DNA of 64,000 nt from a virus. Location of the stretch: the IMG/VR virus record IMGVR_UViG_3300042317_001497; one strand, written 5' to 3'. The notes under the pieces are model-generated. The model ran no database searches. It was not told the origin of the DNA and saw only the letters and a list, made by a program, of their open reading frames with translations. Made by a program: the position numbers and the translations under genes. Shown here in pieces: positions 29,459 to 39,798 of this stretch (position 1 is its first letter; each line of letters begins with the position of its first letter).

Positions 29459-31666
29459 TTATGCGTTGCTAATATACACCGTAGAGTAAAATGATGCTTT
29501 AGCTTGTTTTTGTTCATCCACAGTTAAGCTATAGTTTAAATCATTTTCTATGTTTTTTAGCCATAATTTATAAGCAACTACTAGGTGTGTTTGGTTCTCA
29601 GAGTCTATCTTTGCAAAAGATTCAAAGATCGTGTCTTGACCAACTTTTGAAAATGGATCTAGTCCAAATAATACTTTTGTTTTTATATTTTCTATCTCTT
29701 GGGATTCTACTGAAGAAAGACTTCTTAAATTTTTCTTATTATAAAATTCTAATAAAATAGGATTAAGTATCTCGCTAACTTTATCTTGAGCTTTATTCGC
29801 CCAAATCATTAAACCTGCGCCTGTTTGAGGTTTGAAAACTTTAGTTTTTCGCTTTTCTTGATCTTTGCTAGTTTTTGGTCTTCCCTGTCCTGGTTGCCCA
29901 GGCAACGATTCAGGAGAATCGTTTGCCAACTTGGTTGGTGAACTTGGTACTTTCATTTGAAGAGCACTTTGTTCACCAGATTTCTTTTTCTCTAATTCAA
30001 GACCTACCTGACTAGGAGCCACTACCCCTGTCTGTAAAGCAATCTTTTTAAGACTATTTTCTGGAGTAGGATCGAACCAAGGACCGGCTTTTTGAACCAT
30101 TCTCTCGCTATCTCTTTCTCTGTTTTCTCTATTAAGTCTACTCTTCTCCATATCAGGATCCATGCCAAATTTAGTTTGTAATAATTCGTCGGATATAAGA
30201 TTTCTATCAGCTAGTTGTATTAGTAGTGCTTTTTCTGAATCTTCGTTAGATAAATCCATTCTATCAAATTCTATCTTAGCTGGATACTTAAAACCCATTG
30301 CTTTTTGTACTAACATAATTTCATTTTCCCAAAATTTTGTTAATACTTCTCTACCATATTGTAATCTTTGTGTTAATGTTTTTAATGAAATAAAATTATT
30401 CGTTGTACCACCGGAAGCAAAAGTTCCTGTTAATGTGGGAGGAATACCTAAGCCAGCATAAACATTATTCATATGGGGTATATATTTGGCTTCTCCTAAA
30501 AATTGATGAACAGTGGTCTTAGACTCTAACATTTCTATATCTGGACCCCAAATAATATCCATAGTACCACCACCAACATTATTTCCTAGTATTTGTGCTA
30601 ATTTAGATGTTGCTGCTTTAGTAGGAATAATTCTATGTTCTAGATTACCTAATTTAAAAATCCTAATATTAGAAATAGCTCCGTCAAGAGCCGCCATATC
30701 TGCTAATTTAAGTTTTTCTACAATAGTTATATCGTCCATAATGGAATATATCATAGGAAAAGCCCAAGACTGCCAATCGTCTTTTTTATAGTGGCAAACT
30801 ATAGTTTTATCAGGATCCAAAGGAAATGGTTTTTTAGTTTTTGCCGCGTCTATAATTTGCTGAGGTAATGATTCTACAACTAATTTTTCTTCTGGTGTTT
30901 TAGGAGTATTTATAGCCTTACTCAAAGACGCCGGTAGTTGTAAGACATAATTTTTCTTATTAGAAAATGACGATAAAGACCCTCCAGCAACATCAACAAA
31001 TACAGGATCTATAAAAGTATATTTCCAAGGAATTTCTCTTTTCTCAACAGAGGGAGAGTTCTGATCAATATCGCTAACGATAGTATCAGCAGTACCTAGA
31101 CTTTGATATAGTTGTACTCCAGATTTTAAAGTTAATTTTGCTGTTCTTCTATCTATAACAACATTACCAGATCTGTATAAATTATTTATTAGTCTTTCAG
31201 ATCTATCTTTTCCTTCTATTTTTTTAAACCAGCGACGATAAAATCTTTCTGTTCTTTTGTTCTTGTGAACTATTCTGATTCCTTGAGTAGCAAAATCTCC
31301 CATAAGATCAACCACGTTTTTGACTAAACCAACTCTTTGATAAATATCGTCAGCTCTTTTTAGAATTTCCTTTACTCTTTGTGGAACCGCTTCATCTGGT
31401 CTAAAATAATCATAGTCAGATTTGGTAAATCCGGGTCTGCTACCAGTAAGACCATCTAAATTAGAATAGTCCAATCCGTATCTTCTCATACTTACTGCTT
31501 TTTCTGAAGATGATGCTAAACCAACAAATTCTTCTAAAGATTCTCCAGATTTTTTAAAAGCTTCTTGTTTACTGGCTAAATCCTCTCCCCATGTAACATA
31601 AGCATCTGATTGGGGAATGGCCGCATTATTAATAGCATTTTGTTTAGAATTTTTTTTATTAGCCAT
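29459..31666 (-). CDS. Portal protein
   Basis: 735 aa directly downstream of the terminase; YQRVGLVKNVVDLMGDF and GLGIPPTLTG motifs. Confidence 0.75.
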   Translation of the reverse strand: MANKKNSKQNAINNAAIPQSDAYVTWGEDLASKQEAFKKSGESLEEFVGLASSSEKAVSMRRYGLDYSNLDGLTGSRPGFTKSDYDYFRPDEAVPQRVKEILKRADDIYQRVGLVKNVVDLMGDFATQGIRIVHKNKRTERFYRRWFKKIEGKDRSERLINNLYRSGNVVIDRRTAKLTLKSGVQLYQSLGTADTIVSDIDQNSPSVEKREIPWKYTFIDPVFVDVAGGSLSSFSNKKNYVLQLPASLSKAINTPKTPEEKLVVESLPQQIIDAAKTKKPFPLDPDKTIVCHYKKDDWQSWAFPMIYSIMDDITIVEKLKLADMAALDGAISNIRIFKLGNLEHRIIPTKAATSKLAQILGNNVGGGTMDIIWGPDIEMLESKTTVHQFLGEAKYIPHMNNVYAGLGIPPTLTGTFASGGTTNNFISLKTLTQRLQYGREVLTKFWENEIMLVQKAMGFKYPAKIEFDRMDLSNEDSEKALLIQLADRNLISDELLQTKFGMDPDMEKSRLNRENRERDSERMVQKAGPWFDPTPENSLKKIALQTGVVAPSQVGLELEKKKSGEQSALQMKVPSSPTKLANDSPESLPGQPGQGRPKTSKDQEKRKTKVFKPQTGAGLMIWANKAQDKVSEILNPILLEFYNKKNLRSLSSVESQEIENIKTKVLFGLDPFSKVGQDTIFESFAKIDSENQTHLVVAYKLWLKNIENDLNYSLTVDEQKQAKASFYSTVYISNA

Positions 31667-31737
31667 AATTATTTATAATTGTATTGTGATTAGATTATAT
31701 TTGAATCGAGAATACTGTAATATACACACTTTATTCT

Positions 31738-33771
31738 TTATTCTTTATATAGTCCTAAATAAATGTCAGAATTAGCATTGTTAGTGAACCATTCTGGTCC
31801 TCTATACATATTTCCGTCTGCTTTTATATTAGAATTTCGAGCATTATCTCCTATAATCTCATATTCTATATTTTTTAAACTTCTATTCATTTGTCTAGCC
31901 AGCATATTTGCTATTACTAATGAACTATAGCGGTCTTTTCTCAATCTTCCTTTTCTACCATTAGGTAATTTAATTTCAGGAGTATCCCATCGATCTCTAG
32001 CATTAGGACCAGTACTTGTTTGTGTCATAACAATTGTGGTCAATTCATTTTTTAATTCTTCTATTTCCAACAAACACTCGCTTAAATTATCATAAATAGG
32101 ATTCATTTCATCTTCTATAATATCTTTACCGTCTTTTTGCATTGTTAATCCTAAAGTTAAATTATCGAACCTAGGAAACAATAATACTTTATCTTCTAAG
32201 TCTTTTCTTAAACCGTGATTAGCTTGTGCTGTCCAGTCTGCTTTAGCAAATTGTACTAGTTCTATAATGTGTAATCCTGGTTGAGAATCTGTATCTTTAG
32301 TGGATGAGTCTTCTATAACTGGCCATATTAAATGCTCACCATCTTCGAGCTTGGCCGGGTCGTGTAGAGCCTCCTCTATTGCGACACCTCCTCCTTGAGC
32401 ATCTATGCCTAGTCTGGCACAAGGAAAAGTTTTCATAAGATTACGAATTTTACGACAGCAAAATCCATAAAAATCATGGTCTTGTGCCAATCCTTTTTTA
32501 AGTCTTTCTTTAAAATTATTTCTATTTGTTGTCCAGCAGTATACTAATCTATTATGATTTGGGTGAACTTCTATAATAGTAATACTAAAATTGTCCTGTT
32601 CTGAGGCAGGGTCTACTCCGTATACATACGAGCAATTAGTATTTCCTTTAGTCGAAGCTTCAAAAAGAATGGTTTTATTATCTATCAGAATAGGATTAGT
32701 ATCCGAAACAACACAGCTTTCTATCAAGCTTCGTCTAAAAAATCCCTCACTATCAGAAATAAAACAAGCAGCATACTCCATATTATATATTCCAGTATGT
32801 ATAGTAGCTTTAGCTCTAGATACTTGTTTGTCATCCATGAATCCTTTTGGTATTAATTCATAAGGAACACGAATGATAGAATAGTCTTTCCAATTAAAAT
32901 TATCCGGAATTTCTCCTTTAAAAATATCTTTTAGTTTCTGCTCGTCTCCTTTACTTTCTATAATACCTTTGTATCTTTTCCAATAATTGGCAAAGTGTTT
33001 AAAAGAGTAATCAGCTGTGCCAGAAATAATAGCCTGATTGCTCATTTTAATATTTAAAGATTCTAATTCATCATTCCATATTCCGGCATCTATCATCGCT
33101 TGTTTTTTTGCCTGATCTTTAACATTCTGAATAGGACTAGCAGATACAGCAGCGAATCCGGATACTACTGTTTCATAAATATCCGGACTAATAGAAGCAA
33201 ACTCATCAGCAATAATAATGTGCGCTCTTAATCCTCTAATTTTTGATCCATCTCCCAAAGGAATAGCAATCGTCCAACTATCTCCGAGTCTTATAGTACA
33301 TCTATCAACATCTCTTCGAGGTCCATCATCATTGCTATTAAAAATACTCCGTAAAATAGGGCTATTTCTCCATATTGTTTCCATATATTCAAATATAATT
33401 TTACTCTGTCTAAAAGCTGCACCAACTACTACTATTTTTGTACCGGGTACGAAAGTGCATTTAAGAACACAATATAAAGCCATCAGGAAAGACTTACCAA
33501 AACCACGGCTAGCTACGAACATAGGAAAAGATCTATGCCAAAACTCTTGCAATATTGCTATCTGGATAGGATGTAATTCTATATCGAAAAGAAGCTTAAC
33601 TGTACTTCCTATGTATTTTGTATTTCTCATAATCTTTAATAGATGAACATCAGGGTATGCTATATCCTGTTCAGATCTATTAATCATTAGATTATTAGGT
33701 ATTGCTAATGAATTAAGGTCTCCAAGACCTAGCCAAGCATTATCAAATATCTTTTTTTGTAAATCGCTCAA
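31738..33771 (-). CDS. terL: Terminase large subunit
   Basis: Walker A ASRGFGKS, Walker B IIIADE, RNase H-like YVYGVDPA and GIDAQGGG, C-terminal KDRYSS. Confidence 0.9.
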   Translation of the reverse strand: MSDLQKKIFDNAWLGLGDLNSLAIPNNLMINRSEQDIAYPDVHLLKIMRNTKYIGSTVKLLFDIELHPIQIAILQEFWHRSFPMFVASRGFGKSFLMALYCVLKCTFVPGTKIVVVGAAFRQSKIIFEYMETIWRNSPILRSIFNSNDDGPRRDVDRCTIRLGDSWTIAIPLGDGSKIRGLRAHIIIADEFASISPDIYETVVSGFAAVSASPIQNVKDQAKKQAMIDAGIWNDELESLNIKMSNQAIISGTADYSFKHFANYWKRYKGIIESKGDEQKLKDIFKGEIPDNFNWKDYSIIRVPYELIPKGFMDDKQVSRAKATIHTGIYNMEYAACFISDSEGFFRRSLIESCVVSDTNPILIDNKTILFEASTKGNTNCSYVYGVDPASEQDNFSITIIEVHPNHNRLVYCWTTNRNNFKERLKKGLAQDHDFYGFCCRKIRNLMKTFPCARLGIDAQGGGVAIEEALHDPAKLEDGEHLIWPVIEDSSTKDTDSQPGLHIIELVQFAKADWTAQANHGLRKDLEDKVLLFPRFDNLTLGLTMQKDGKDIIEDEMNPIYDNLSECLLEIEELKNELTTIVMTQTSTGPNARDRWDTPEIKLPNGRKGRLRKDRYSSLVIANMLARQMNRSLKNIEYEIIGDNARNSNIKADGNMYRGPEWFTNNANSDIYLGLYKE

Positions 33772-34231
33772 TGTAGTTCACCTTTTTAAGAATATGCTCT
33801 GCTATTTTTTGAGCATTAATTGCATTACCACAAAAAACAATTTTAATATTATGATTAATTTGTAATTCCAAAATGTGTTTGATAATAAATGCTGGAGATA
33901 TTTTAATTTTATCCCACATTCTTTTAGGCACTGTTGAGCCACGAGGATAGATTAATATGTCTTCTAAATCAAACTCTAATAATAAAAATGAATATTTAAG
34001 CTGGCTCATTCTTAATATTACATCTTTGAATCTACTTTCAACAATATTATTAGCAAATTCGCTGATACTTTTTTTTCTTTCAATGCCTAATAAATTCTCC
34101 AAGCCCTCTATGCTATAGTCTCCAGTATCTAGCTTTTTATTAGCAACAGAATATTCCGTAAATGTCCATGGTTGTTGTTCTCTTGTATCAACAATGATAG
34201 TAAAGTCATCATGTTTCGACATTAACCACAC
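33743..34231 (-). CDS. ERCC4-type nuclease
   Basis: IIVDTREQ...KLDTGDYS...IERKKS motif. Confidence 0.85.
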   Translation of the reverse strand: MWLMSKHDDFTIIVDTREQQPWTFTEYSVANKKLDTGDYSIEGLENLLGIERKKSISEFANNIVESRFKDVILRMSQLKYSFLLLEFDLEDILIYPRGSTVPKRMWDKIKISPAFIIKHILELQINHNIKIVFCGNAINAQKIAEHILKKVNYIERFTKKDI

Positions 34232-34799
34232 TTTCTTTGGCTAGTAATCTTCTGGAAGTTTTGATAGCTTTTTTTACCATAGCTCTAGCTACCATATCTA
34301 TAAAAGGCAGATTTCTTTTTGTTGATTCGTCTTTGAGCCAACCAATAATAGTATCCATATTTTGTTCACACCAATCTGGTCCTTTAATATTCATATTAAT
34401 AGCATTTTGCCTACAAGAGCAATTAGGAGTAGGATTAATACCAAGAGTTTTTAACATGCCCGATAAAACAGATCCTGGTCCGTTAGGATGTTGCTCCATA
34501 GTAACCGGAAACTTGTTTTGAAGATAAGTCTGGGGATCTTTACCCATCTGAATTTTAACTATAGCTTCTGCCTGTTCTTGGGTCCAGTCTCCAGCATCAT
34601 CATAGGATTGTGCAGAAAAAATTAGAAAATTTAGGGGTAAAGACTCTGAGTTTGCTACTACAGTTTTCCTTTGAGGATTATCAATATAAACCAAATCTAA
34701 TGAGGTTAGAACTTTGGGTTCTGGAGTTATAACCTTATTTGTTGTGGGGTTGGTATATGGGGGCTGCTTTATAGTGATTGGGGGGTCAAAAGTGATCAT
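34209..34799 (-). CDS. Hypothetical protein
   Basis: 196-aa ORF with CSC and WC residues. Confidence 0.7.
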   Translation of the reverse strand: MITFDPPITIKQPPYTNPTTNKVITPEPKVLTSLDLVYIDNPQRKTVVANSESLPLNFLIFSAQSYDDAGDWTQEQAEAIVKIQMGKDPQTYLQNKFPVTMEQHPNGPGSVLSGMLKTLGINPTPNCSCRQNAINMNIKGPDWCEQNMDTIIGWLKDESTKRNLPFIDMVARAMVKKAIKTSRRLLAKESVVNVET

Positions 34800-35062
34800 T
34801 TTTTATCCTTTAACAATATCATTAAAAATGAAAAACTATATTCTTCTTCCATACCTTTAATAAGGTCATGATGAGCTTTACACAAGGTTATACCATTATT
34901 TGGATCAAATCTTAATCCTGGAAAACCGGCCCAAGTTTTTATATGATGAGCATTTAATCTTTTTTTACTATTACAATTAGGCCATCTACACTGAAATTTA
35001 TCTCTAGTATAAACTTGTTTACGCCACTTCTTATATTGGGGATCATCAAAATTACGACGCAT
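34796..35062 (-). CDS. HNH endonuclease (packaging-associated)
   Basis: RDKFQC...C...AHHIK...NGITLCKAHH. Confidence 0.85.
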   Translation of the reverse strand: MRRNFDDPQYKKWRKQVYTRDKFQCRWPNCNSKKRLNAHHIKTWAGFPGLRFDPNNGITLCKAHHDLIKGMEEEYSFSFLMILLKDKK

Positions 35063-36053
35063 TTTTATATACTCTTATATCACTACTAACCATATCTTCT
35101 ACTAGAGCATCAAAAGAAATTGATGGTTGCCAATTAAGTTTATTTTTTGCTTTAGAAGAATCTCCTTTAAGGTAGTCTACTTCACAAGGACGATAAAAAG
35201 CAGGATCAATAGCTATATGGTCTAAATAATTTAAGTTGACTAAACTAAAAGCTTTATTTAAAAATTCTTCCACAGAATATGTGTGACCTGTTGATAATAT
35301 ATAATCATCCGGTTCTTGTTTTTGCAACATTAAATACATACCATAAACATAGTCTTTCGCATGGCCCCAGTCTCTTTTGGCTCTAATATTTCCTAGTTTT
35401 AATTTTTCGTTTTTATCAATTTTGTTATTTACTAATTGACCGATATACTTGGTAATTTTTCTAGTAACAAAGTTTTCGCCACGACGAGGACTTTCATGAT
35501 TAAAGAGTATACCCGAACAAGCATATAAACTATAAGATGTTCTATAAATATAAACCATATGATGAGAAGCTAGCTTAGATGCTCCATATGGACTTTGAGG
35601 TAGCATAGCCGTTAATTCATTTTGGAACTTGGTATGATTTTCATTTACTGAATAATTTCTCCCAAACATTTCGCTGGTGCTGGCCTGATAAAATTTAGTT
35701 GATGGAGATAATAATCTTATAGCTTCTAGTAGATTGGTAACTCCCAAAGTGTTGATACTAAAAGTTGTTAGGGGCTGACTAAAACTGGTACCAACATGGC
35801 TTTGTGCAGCAAGATTGTAAACTTCATCAGGTTTGTGCTGGTCTATAACTCTTGAGCATCCACTAGGATCTGTAATATCAAATTCTTCTAAAATAAAATT
35901 TGGTTTATCTATTAGATGATTAATACGACTAAAATTATTAGAACTACATCGTCTATGTAAGCCTACTACTATATAGTCTTTTTCTAATAGTAGATCGGCC
36001 AGATATGAACCGTCTTGTCCTGTGACTCCTGTTATTATAGCTTTTTTACTCAT
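35052..36053 (-). CDS. gmd: GDP-mannose 4,6-dehydratase
   Basis: ITGVTGQDGSYLA, YNLAAQSHV, YQASTSEMFG, SPYGASK, LFNHESPRRGENFVTRKI, RDWGHAKDYV. Confidence 0.95.
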   Translation of the reverse strand: MSKKAIITGVTGQDGSYLADLLLEKDYIVVGLHRRCSSNNFSRINHLIDKPNFILEEFDITDPSGCSRVIDQHKPDEVYNLAAQSHVGTSFSQPLTTFSINTLGVTNLLEAIRLLSPSTKFYQASTSEMFGRNYSVNENHTKFQNELTAMLPQSPYGASKLASHHMVYIYRTSYSLYACSGILFNHESPRRGENFVTRKITKYIGQLVNNKIDKNEKLKLGNIRAKRDWGHAKDYVYGMYLMLQKQEPDDYILSTGHTYSVEEFLNKAFSLVNLNYLDHIAIDPAFYRPCEVDYLKGDSSKAKNKLNWQPSISFDALVEDMVSSDIRVYKNAS

Positions 36054-36876
36054 TATTTTCCTCTAATACAGACTCTGGAGTTAAAAATGGCTTATCTATT
36101 ATATTATCTTCATAGGTATGGTATTCTTGTAGTTTGCTTTTACTTTTTTCAGTAGCTAATGACAAAATCTCCATTTCTCGTCCTTCTTTTTCTCTGATAG
36201 TTTCGTCTTCTAACATTCGTATTAAGCCTGTCCAGCTACTTTTCCCGTCCTCTATTCTTTTGATTCTTTGCTCTCTGGTAGCTTTTAAATCTTTACTAAT
36301 CTTCTGCTGCTCATTTAATAGTTTAGTATATTCATTAGTATAGTTAGCAATACTATTTCGTGCAAAACTTAATTGAGTTTCCATATTAGCAAGTTTGGGA
36401 ATGTCTCTGTCAGTTTCTACTTTTTCATATTCTTTGTCTACTAGTTTTTGTAATTTATCAGTTTCAGCAATATGTCTTTTTCTTTCTTTCATACTTCGAT
36501 TAATAAGAATATCTATAGTGATAAACTGTTTAATCTGAAGCTCTTCTGCTGGTAAAACGTCTTCACGAAACTGTTTAATAAGTCCAATCCAGGTATCTTC
36601 AAAATACGCTCTTTCTCCGTTATCATCATCAAACTGTCTGGTTATTTCGGGCCAAAATGTTTTGCTGTGTAATTTTTGTTTTAAAAATTCTTGGGTGCTT
36701 TTATCACTATCTGATATTAATAGTTTATTTTCTGTAATATATCTTTGAACAGGGGCGGTACTTCTATTTAGTGATGAAGCTATTTGTTCTACTGATAGCG
36801 AACCAAAATTTTCCCTTATATATTGTTCTTCATCTAAGCTTAATTGTCCTCTTTTTTTGGGGGCTGAATTTCCCAT
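36046..36876 (-). CDS. Hypothetical coiled-coil protein with N-terminal HTH (terminase small subunit candidate)
   Basis: 276 aa; LSVEQIASSLNRS N-terminus; located in the packaging module. Confidence 0.45.
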   Translation of the reverse strand: MGNSAPKKRGQLSLDEEQYIRENFGSLSVEQIASSLNRSTAPVQRYITENKLLISDSDKSTQEFLKQKLHSKTFWPEITRQFDDDNGERAYFEDTWIGLIKQFREDVLPAEELQIKQFITIDILINRSMKERKRHIAETDKLQKLVDKEYEKVETDRDIPKLANMETQLSFARNSIANYTNEYTKLLNEQQKISKDLKATREQRIKRIEDGKSSWTGLIRMLEDETIREKEGREMEILSLATEKSKSKLQEYHTYEDNIIDKPFLTPESVLEENNE

Positions 36877-37502
36877 TTTTTATTCTCCATTAATTGCGCA
36901 ATATGTTTTTGTAGTTTTATTAGTTGTTGTTTTGGAATATTGGAGCCGTGTTTTAATTTTAAATATGACTCTCTAAATTCTGACTGAATATTTTCATCTA
37001 AAAAAGATATAATTTCTTTATTCTGAATAAAATTGGTAGAATCAGATATTTGTAAATTAGGAATGGATAAATCTTGATCAATATGGGACGGTTGCATAAT
37101 GTTCTTTTTAGCTTCGTTTCTATTGGCCCATGCTGCATAAGGGGCACAATCATCTTTGTTTAAATATTTTGAACATTGATTGGTAGAACAAGCATAATTT
37201 TTATCAAATAGTGGACATGTTATGCAAGGTTTGTCGGGCCTTTGATAGTTATTTCTTTTGAAATTAAATAGTCTATTTCTCACATGGGTCCATAAAAAGT
37301 TTTCCAAGGGGCGACTACGATCATATTTTTGCAAACCTTCCATAGCAAATATGGCGGCTTGTTGTTTCATATCATCAAAATCATGGTATCCGAAACGAAA
37401 TTTATAACCCAATCTTTTGCTAATATTATCCAATACTATTAAAAATTCATCTTCAGTAACACCATTTGGTAAAATATCTTTATTCTTTTTCTTCTTGCTC
37501 AT
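36840..37502 (-). CDS. Sigma-70-family (region 2) phage sigma-like factor with Cys-rich insert
   Basis: DFDDMKQQAAIFAMEGLQKYD...LENFLWTHVRNRLFNFKR. Confidence 0.7.
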   Translation of the reverse strand: MSKKKKNKDILPNGVTEDEFLIVLDNISKRLGYKFRFGYHDFDDMKQQAAIFAMEGLQKYDRSRPLENFLWTHVRNRLFNFKRNNYQRPDKPCITCPLFDKNYACSTNQCSKYLNKDDCAPYAAWANRNEAKKNIMQPSHIDQDLSIPNLQISDSTNFIQNKEIISFLDENIQSEFRESYLKLKHGSNIPKQQLIKLQKHIAQLMENKKWEIQPPKKEDN

Positions 37503-37626
37503 TTATTAAACTGGCTATAGTTTTTCCTTCTGGTAATTTTAATTCTTCCTGAATATCTTCAGATAAAGATCCTGATGCTTTGACGATTAAAACGGAGTCT
37601 ATTAAATTAAATTCATCGTTTTTCAT
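37480..37626 (-). CDS. Small hypothetical protein (48 aa, not in ORF track)
   Basis: MKNDEFNLIDSVLIVKASGSLSEDIQEE...; GGAGA RBS upstream. Confidence 0.5.
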   Translation of the reverse strand: MKNDEFNLIDSVLIVKASGSLSEDIQEELKLPEGKTIASLINEQEEKE

Positions 37627-37715
37627 AAGATCTCCTTGCGCAAAACTTATCAATACACTAATATAGTAGTGTTGATGGCTTTTTAGTCAATATAAATTTA
37701 TATACTGGAGGAATT

Positions 37716-37937
37716 ATGGCTAATTATAAGAAGTGGACTAGTGCAGAAACCGACTTTATTGGTAAAAATCATAATCTAATTTGTGATGAGGTTTTAGCAT
37801 CTAAGTTAAGTGAGATGACAGGACAAACTATAACAACAGCTATGGTTCGTCGTCAAAGAAGAAAATTAAGTTTAAAGAAGCCTCGTGGTCGTCCTTCCAA
37901 AATTAAAACATTTGAAGCTAATGGAGAAAATCTATAA
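37716..37937 (+). CDS. Small HTH/AT-hook DNA-binding protein
   Basis: KKWTSAETDFI...LASKLSEM...RRKLSLKKPRGRP; GGAGG RBS. Confidence 0.65.
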   Translation: MANYKKWTSAETDFIGKNHNLICDEVLASKLSEMTGQTITTAMVRRQRRKLSLKKPRGRPSKIKTFEANGENL

Positions 37938-38248
37938 TGAATAAATTATTCAATAGTTTTTGTATTCTGTTGGTGGTATTTTGTAGTATGGGAGCTGGTC
38001 CATGTTGGATAAAGTATAATCATGCTACTATTCAACCAGTTCCAGTGGTAGTTTATCCACCATATTTTCTTTATGGAAATCAATATATTCCTGTTATTGT
38101 GCAGCAACAGAGGTTTGTTCCTGTGGTGGAGAATAGGATAGAGTATAGACCGGTGGTTGGCCAGTTTTTTATGAATTATTCTCATTACTATAGTTATCCA
38201 CAGAATTATGGTTATTACTATACTAATTGGAATGAATATAATTATTAA
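37937..38248 (+). CDS. Putative secreted small protein
   Basis: Signal-peptide-like N-terminus; Tyr/Pro/Val-rich. Confidence 0.55.
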   Translation: MNKLFNSFCILLVVFCSMGAGPCWIKYNHATIQPVPVVVYPPYFLYGNQYIPVIVQQQRFVPVVENRIEYRPVVGQFFMNYSHYYSYPQNYGYYYTNWNEYNY

Positions 38249-38280
38249 TCTATAACAATAAACTAGCACAATAAGAAAAG

Positions 38281-38311
38281 GAGACAAGCAGAAGTGTTTG
38301 TCTCTTTTTTT
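38281..38311 (+). terminator. Rho-independent terminator
   Basis: GAGACAAGCA-GAAG-TGTTTGTCTC followed by a T-tract. Confidence 0.75.
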
Positions 38312-38393
38312 ATACACACCCTTGATCTTGTGGCGACGCCGGGTATAAACCACTATATGTTGTGACTGGATTCTCAACCCGAAAGGACTCGAT

Positions 38394-39605
38394 ATGAAAC
38401 AACACGTTTTATCCTTAGAGAACCTAGAATCTAGAACTGTTTTGTCTAGTGTGGTAGCAATCGTTGATAGTGGTGCAGATATTAGTCATCCTTATCTGTC
38501 TGATAGATTGTGGACCAATCCTGGAGAGATTGCTGGCGATAATGTTGATAATGATAATAATGGATATGTTGATGATATTCATGGGTGGAATTTTGTAGAT
38601 AATAATAATAATGTGAGTGATGGGTATGGTCATGGTACAGCTGTAGCAGGATTAATTGTTTCAAATAATACTAGTAGTATCATGGTGTTGAGATTTCAAA
38701 ATAATCAGGGACTGGGATTTACTGGAGAAGCTATAAAAGCTATAGAATATGCGACATTAATGAAAAAAGAATATGGAGTTAATGTGAGTGCTATTAATGC
38801 TAGTTGGGGTGGGGGATTAGGATATTCTAGTTTATTGTATGCTGCTATCAATAATGCTGGAATTAATGATATAGCTTTTGTGGTTGCTGCTGGTAATAGT
38901 GGCTCTGATACTGATGCTGTTCCACGATATCCTGGATCTTATGATAGCTCTAATATTATTAATGTTGCGGCGGTGACTGATCAGAATTATTTGACCTCAT
39001 ATTCTAATTATGGAAAAAAGAGTGTAGATTTGGGGGCTCCTGCTAATGGGGTAAATACTACTTTTCCTAATAATACTTATAGATATTTTGCTGGTACTAG
39101 TGCTGCTGCTCCTAGAGTATCTAGTGCTGTGGGATATTTAAAATCTCAGAATCCTTCATGGAATATTGATGAAGTTAAAAGTTATATATTTAGTACTGTA
39201 GAAAAAAATAATAGTTTAGCAGATAGGTCGGTAAGTGGTGGGGTCTTGAATAAGAGTCTGGTTTTTAATGTTTCACAACCCATAAAGACTCCGGTTTCTA
39301 TTAGTATGCCGGTGATTAGTACTCCTATAGGAAATGTGGAAATTTTATCCTTAAAAAGAATTAAGGGATGGGCTTTTAGTGAAAATAGGGGAAACAAGTC
39401 TGTGGTGGTTAGTGTGGTTATAAATGATGTGGTGGTAAAAAGTGGTACTGCTAATGGTTATAGGGGGGATTTGAGAAAAGTTTTAGGTTCTAGTTACCAT
39501 GGATTTAATATGAAGCTAGCTCCTAGGTGGTTTAAGAGCGGGGAGAATAGTGTTAGGGTGGTTGTGGACGGTAACTCTATATGGAGTGGTAAAGTTTATA
39601 AATAG
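38394..39605 (+). CDS. S8 subtilase with Planctomycete-type extracellular N-terminal motif
   Basis: Catalytic triad AIVDSG / GHGTAVAG / GTSAAAP; N-terminus LSLENLESRTVLS; C-terminal Ig-like domain (KGWA...HGF). Confidence 0.9.
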   Translation: MKQHVLSLENLESRTVLSSVVAIVDSGADISHPYLSDRLWTNPGEIAGDNVDNDNNGYVDDIHGWNFVDNNNNVSDGYGHGTAVAGLIVSNNTSSIMVLRFQNNQGLGFTGEAIKAIEYATLMKKEYGVNVSAINASWGGGLGYSSLLYAAINNAGINDIAFVVAAGNSGSDTDAVPRYPGSYDSSNIINVAAVTDQNYLTSYSNYGKKSVDLGAPANGVNTTFPNNTYRYFAGTSAAAPRVSSAVGYLKSQNPSWNIDEVKSYIFSTVEKNNSLADRSVSGGVLNKSLVFNVSQPIKTPVSISMPVISTPIGNVEILSLKRIKGWAFSENRGNKSVVVSVVINDVVVKSGTANGYRGDLRKVLGSSYHGFNMKLAPRWFKSGENSVRVVVDGNSIWSGKVYK

Positions 39606-39716
39606 TGGCTATTAAACTGGCTAATTATTTTATAGGGCCTGGACTATGTATGGACCACCCCAGGATTTGCGGAAATTCTGATGATATGATAAGTAAAACA
39701 AAAAAACCCCCTCTTC

Positions 39717-39798
39717 CCTAAACCTATGTGGCATAACAACTTAGGATCATTATACTCCGCAAAATTTTATGTAACTCCTTATGCCACAAGGATTTATG
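39717..39798. repeat. Double-palindrome element A1
   Basis: cctaaac-c-tat-gtggcat-aac-a-acttagg + 24 bp + tgtaact-c-ctt-atgccac-aag-g-atttatg. Confidence 0.75.
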
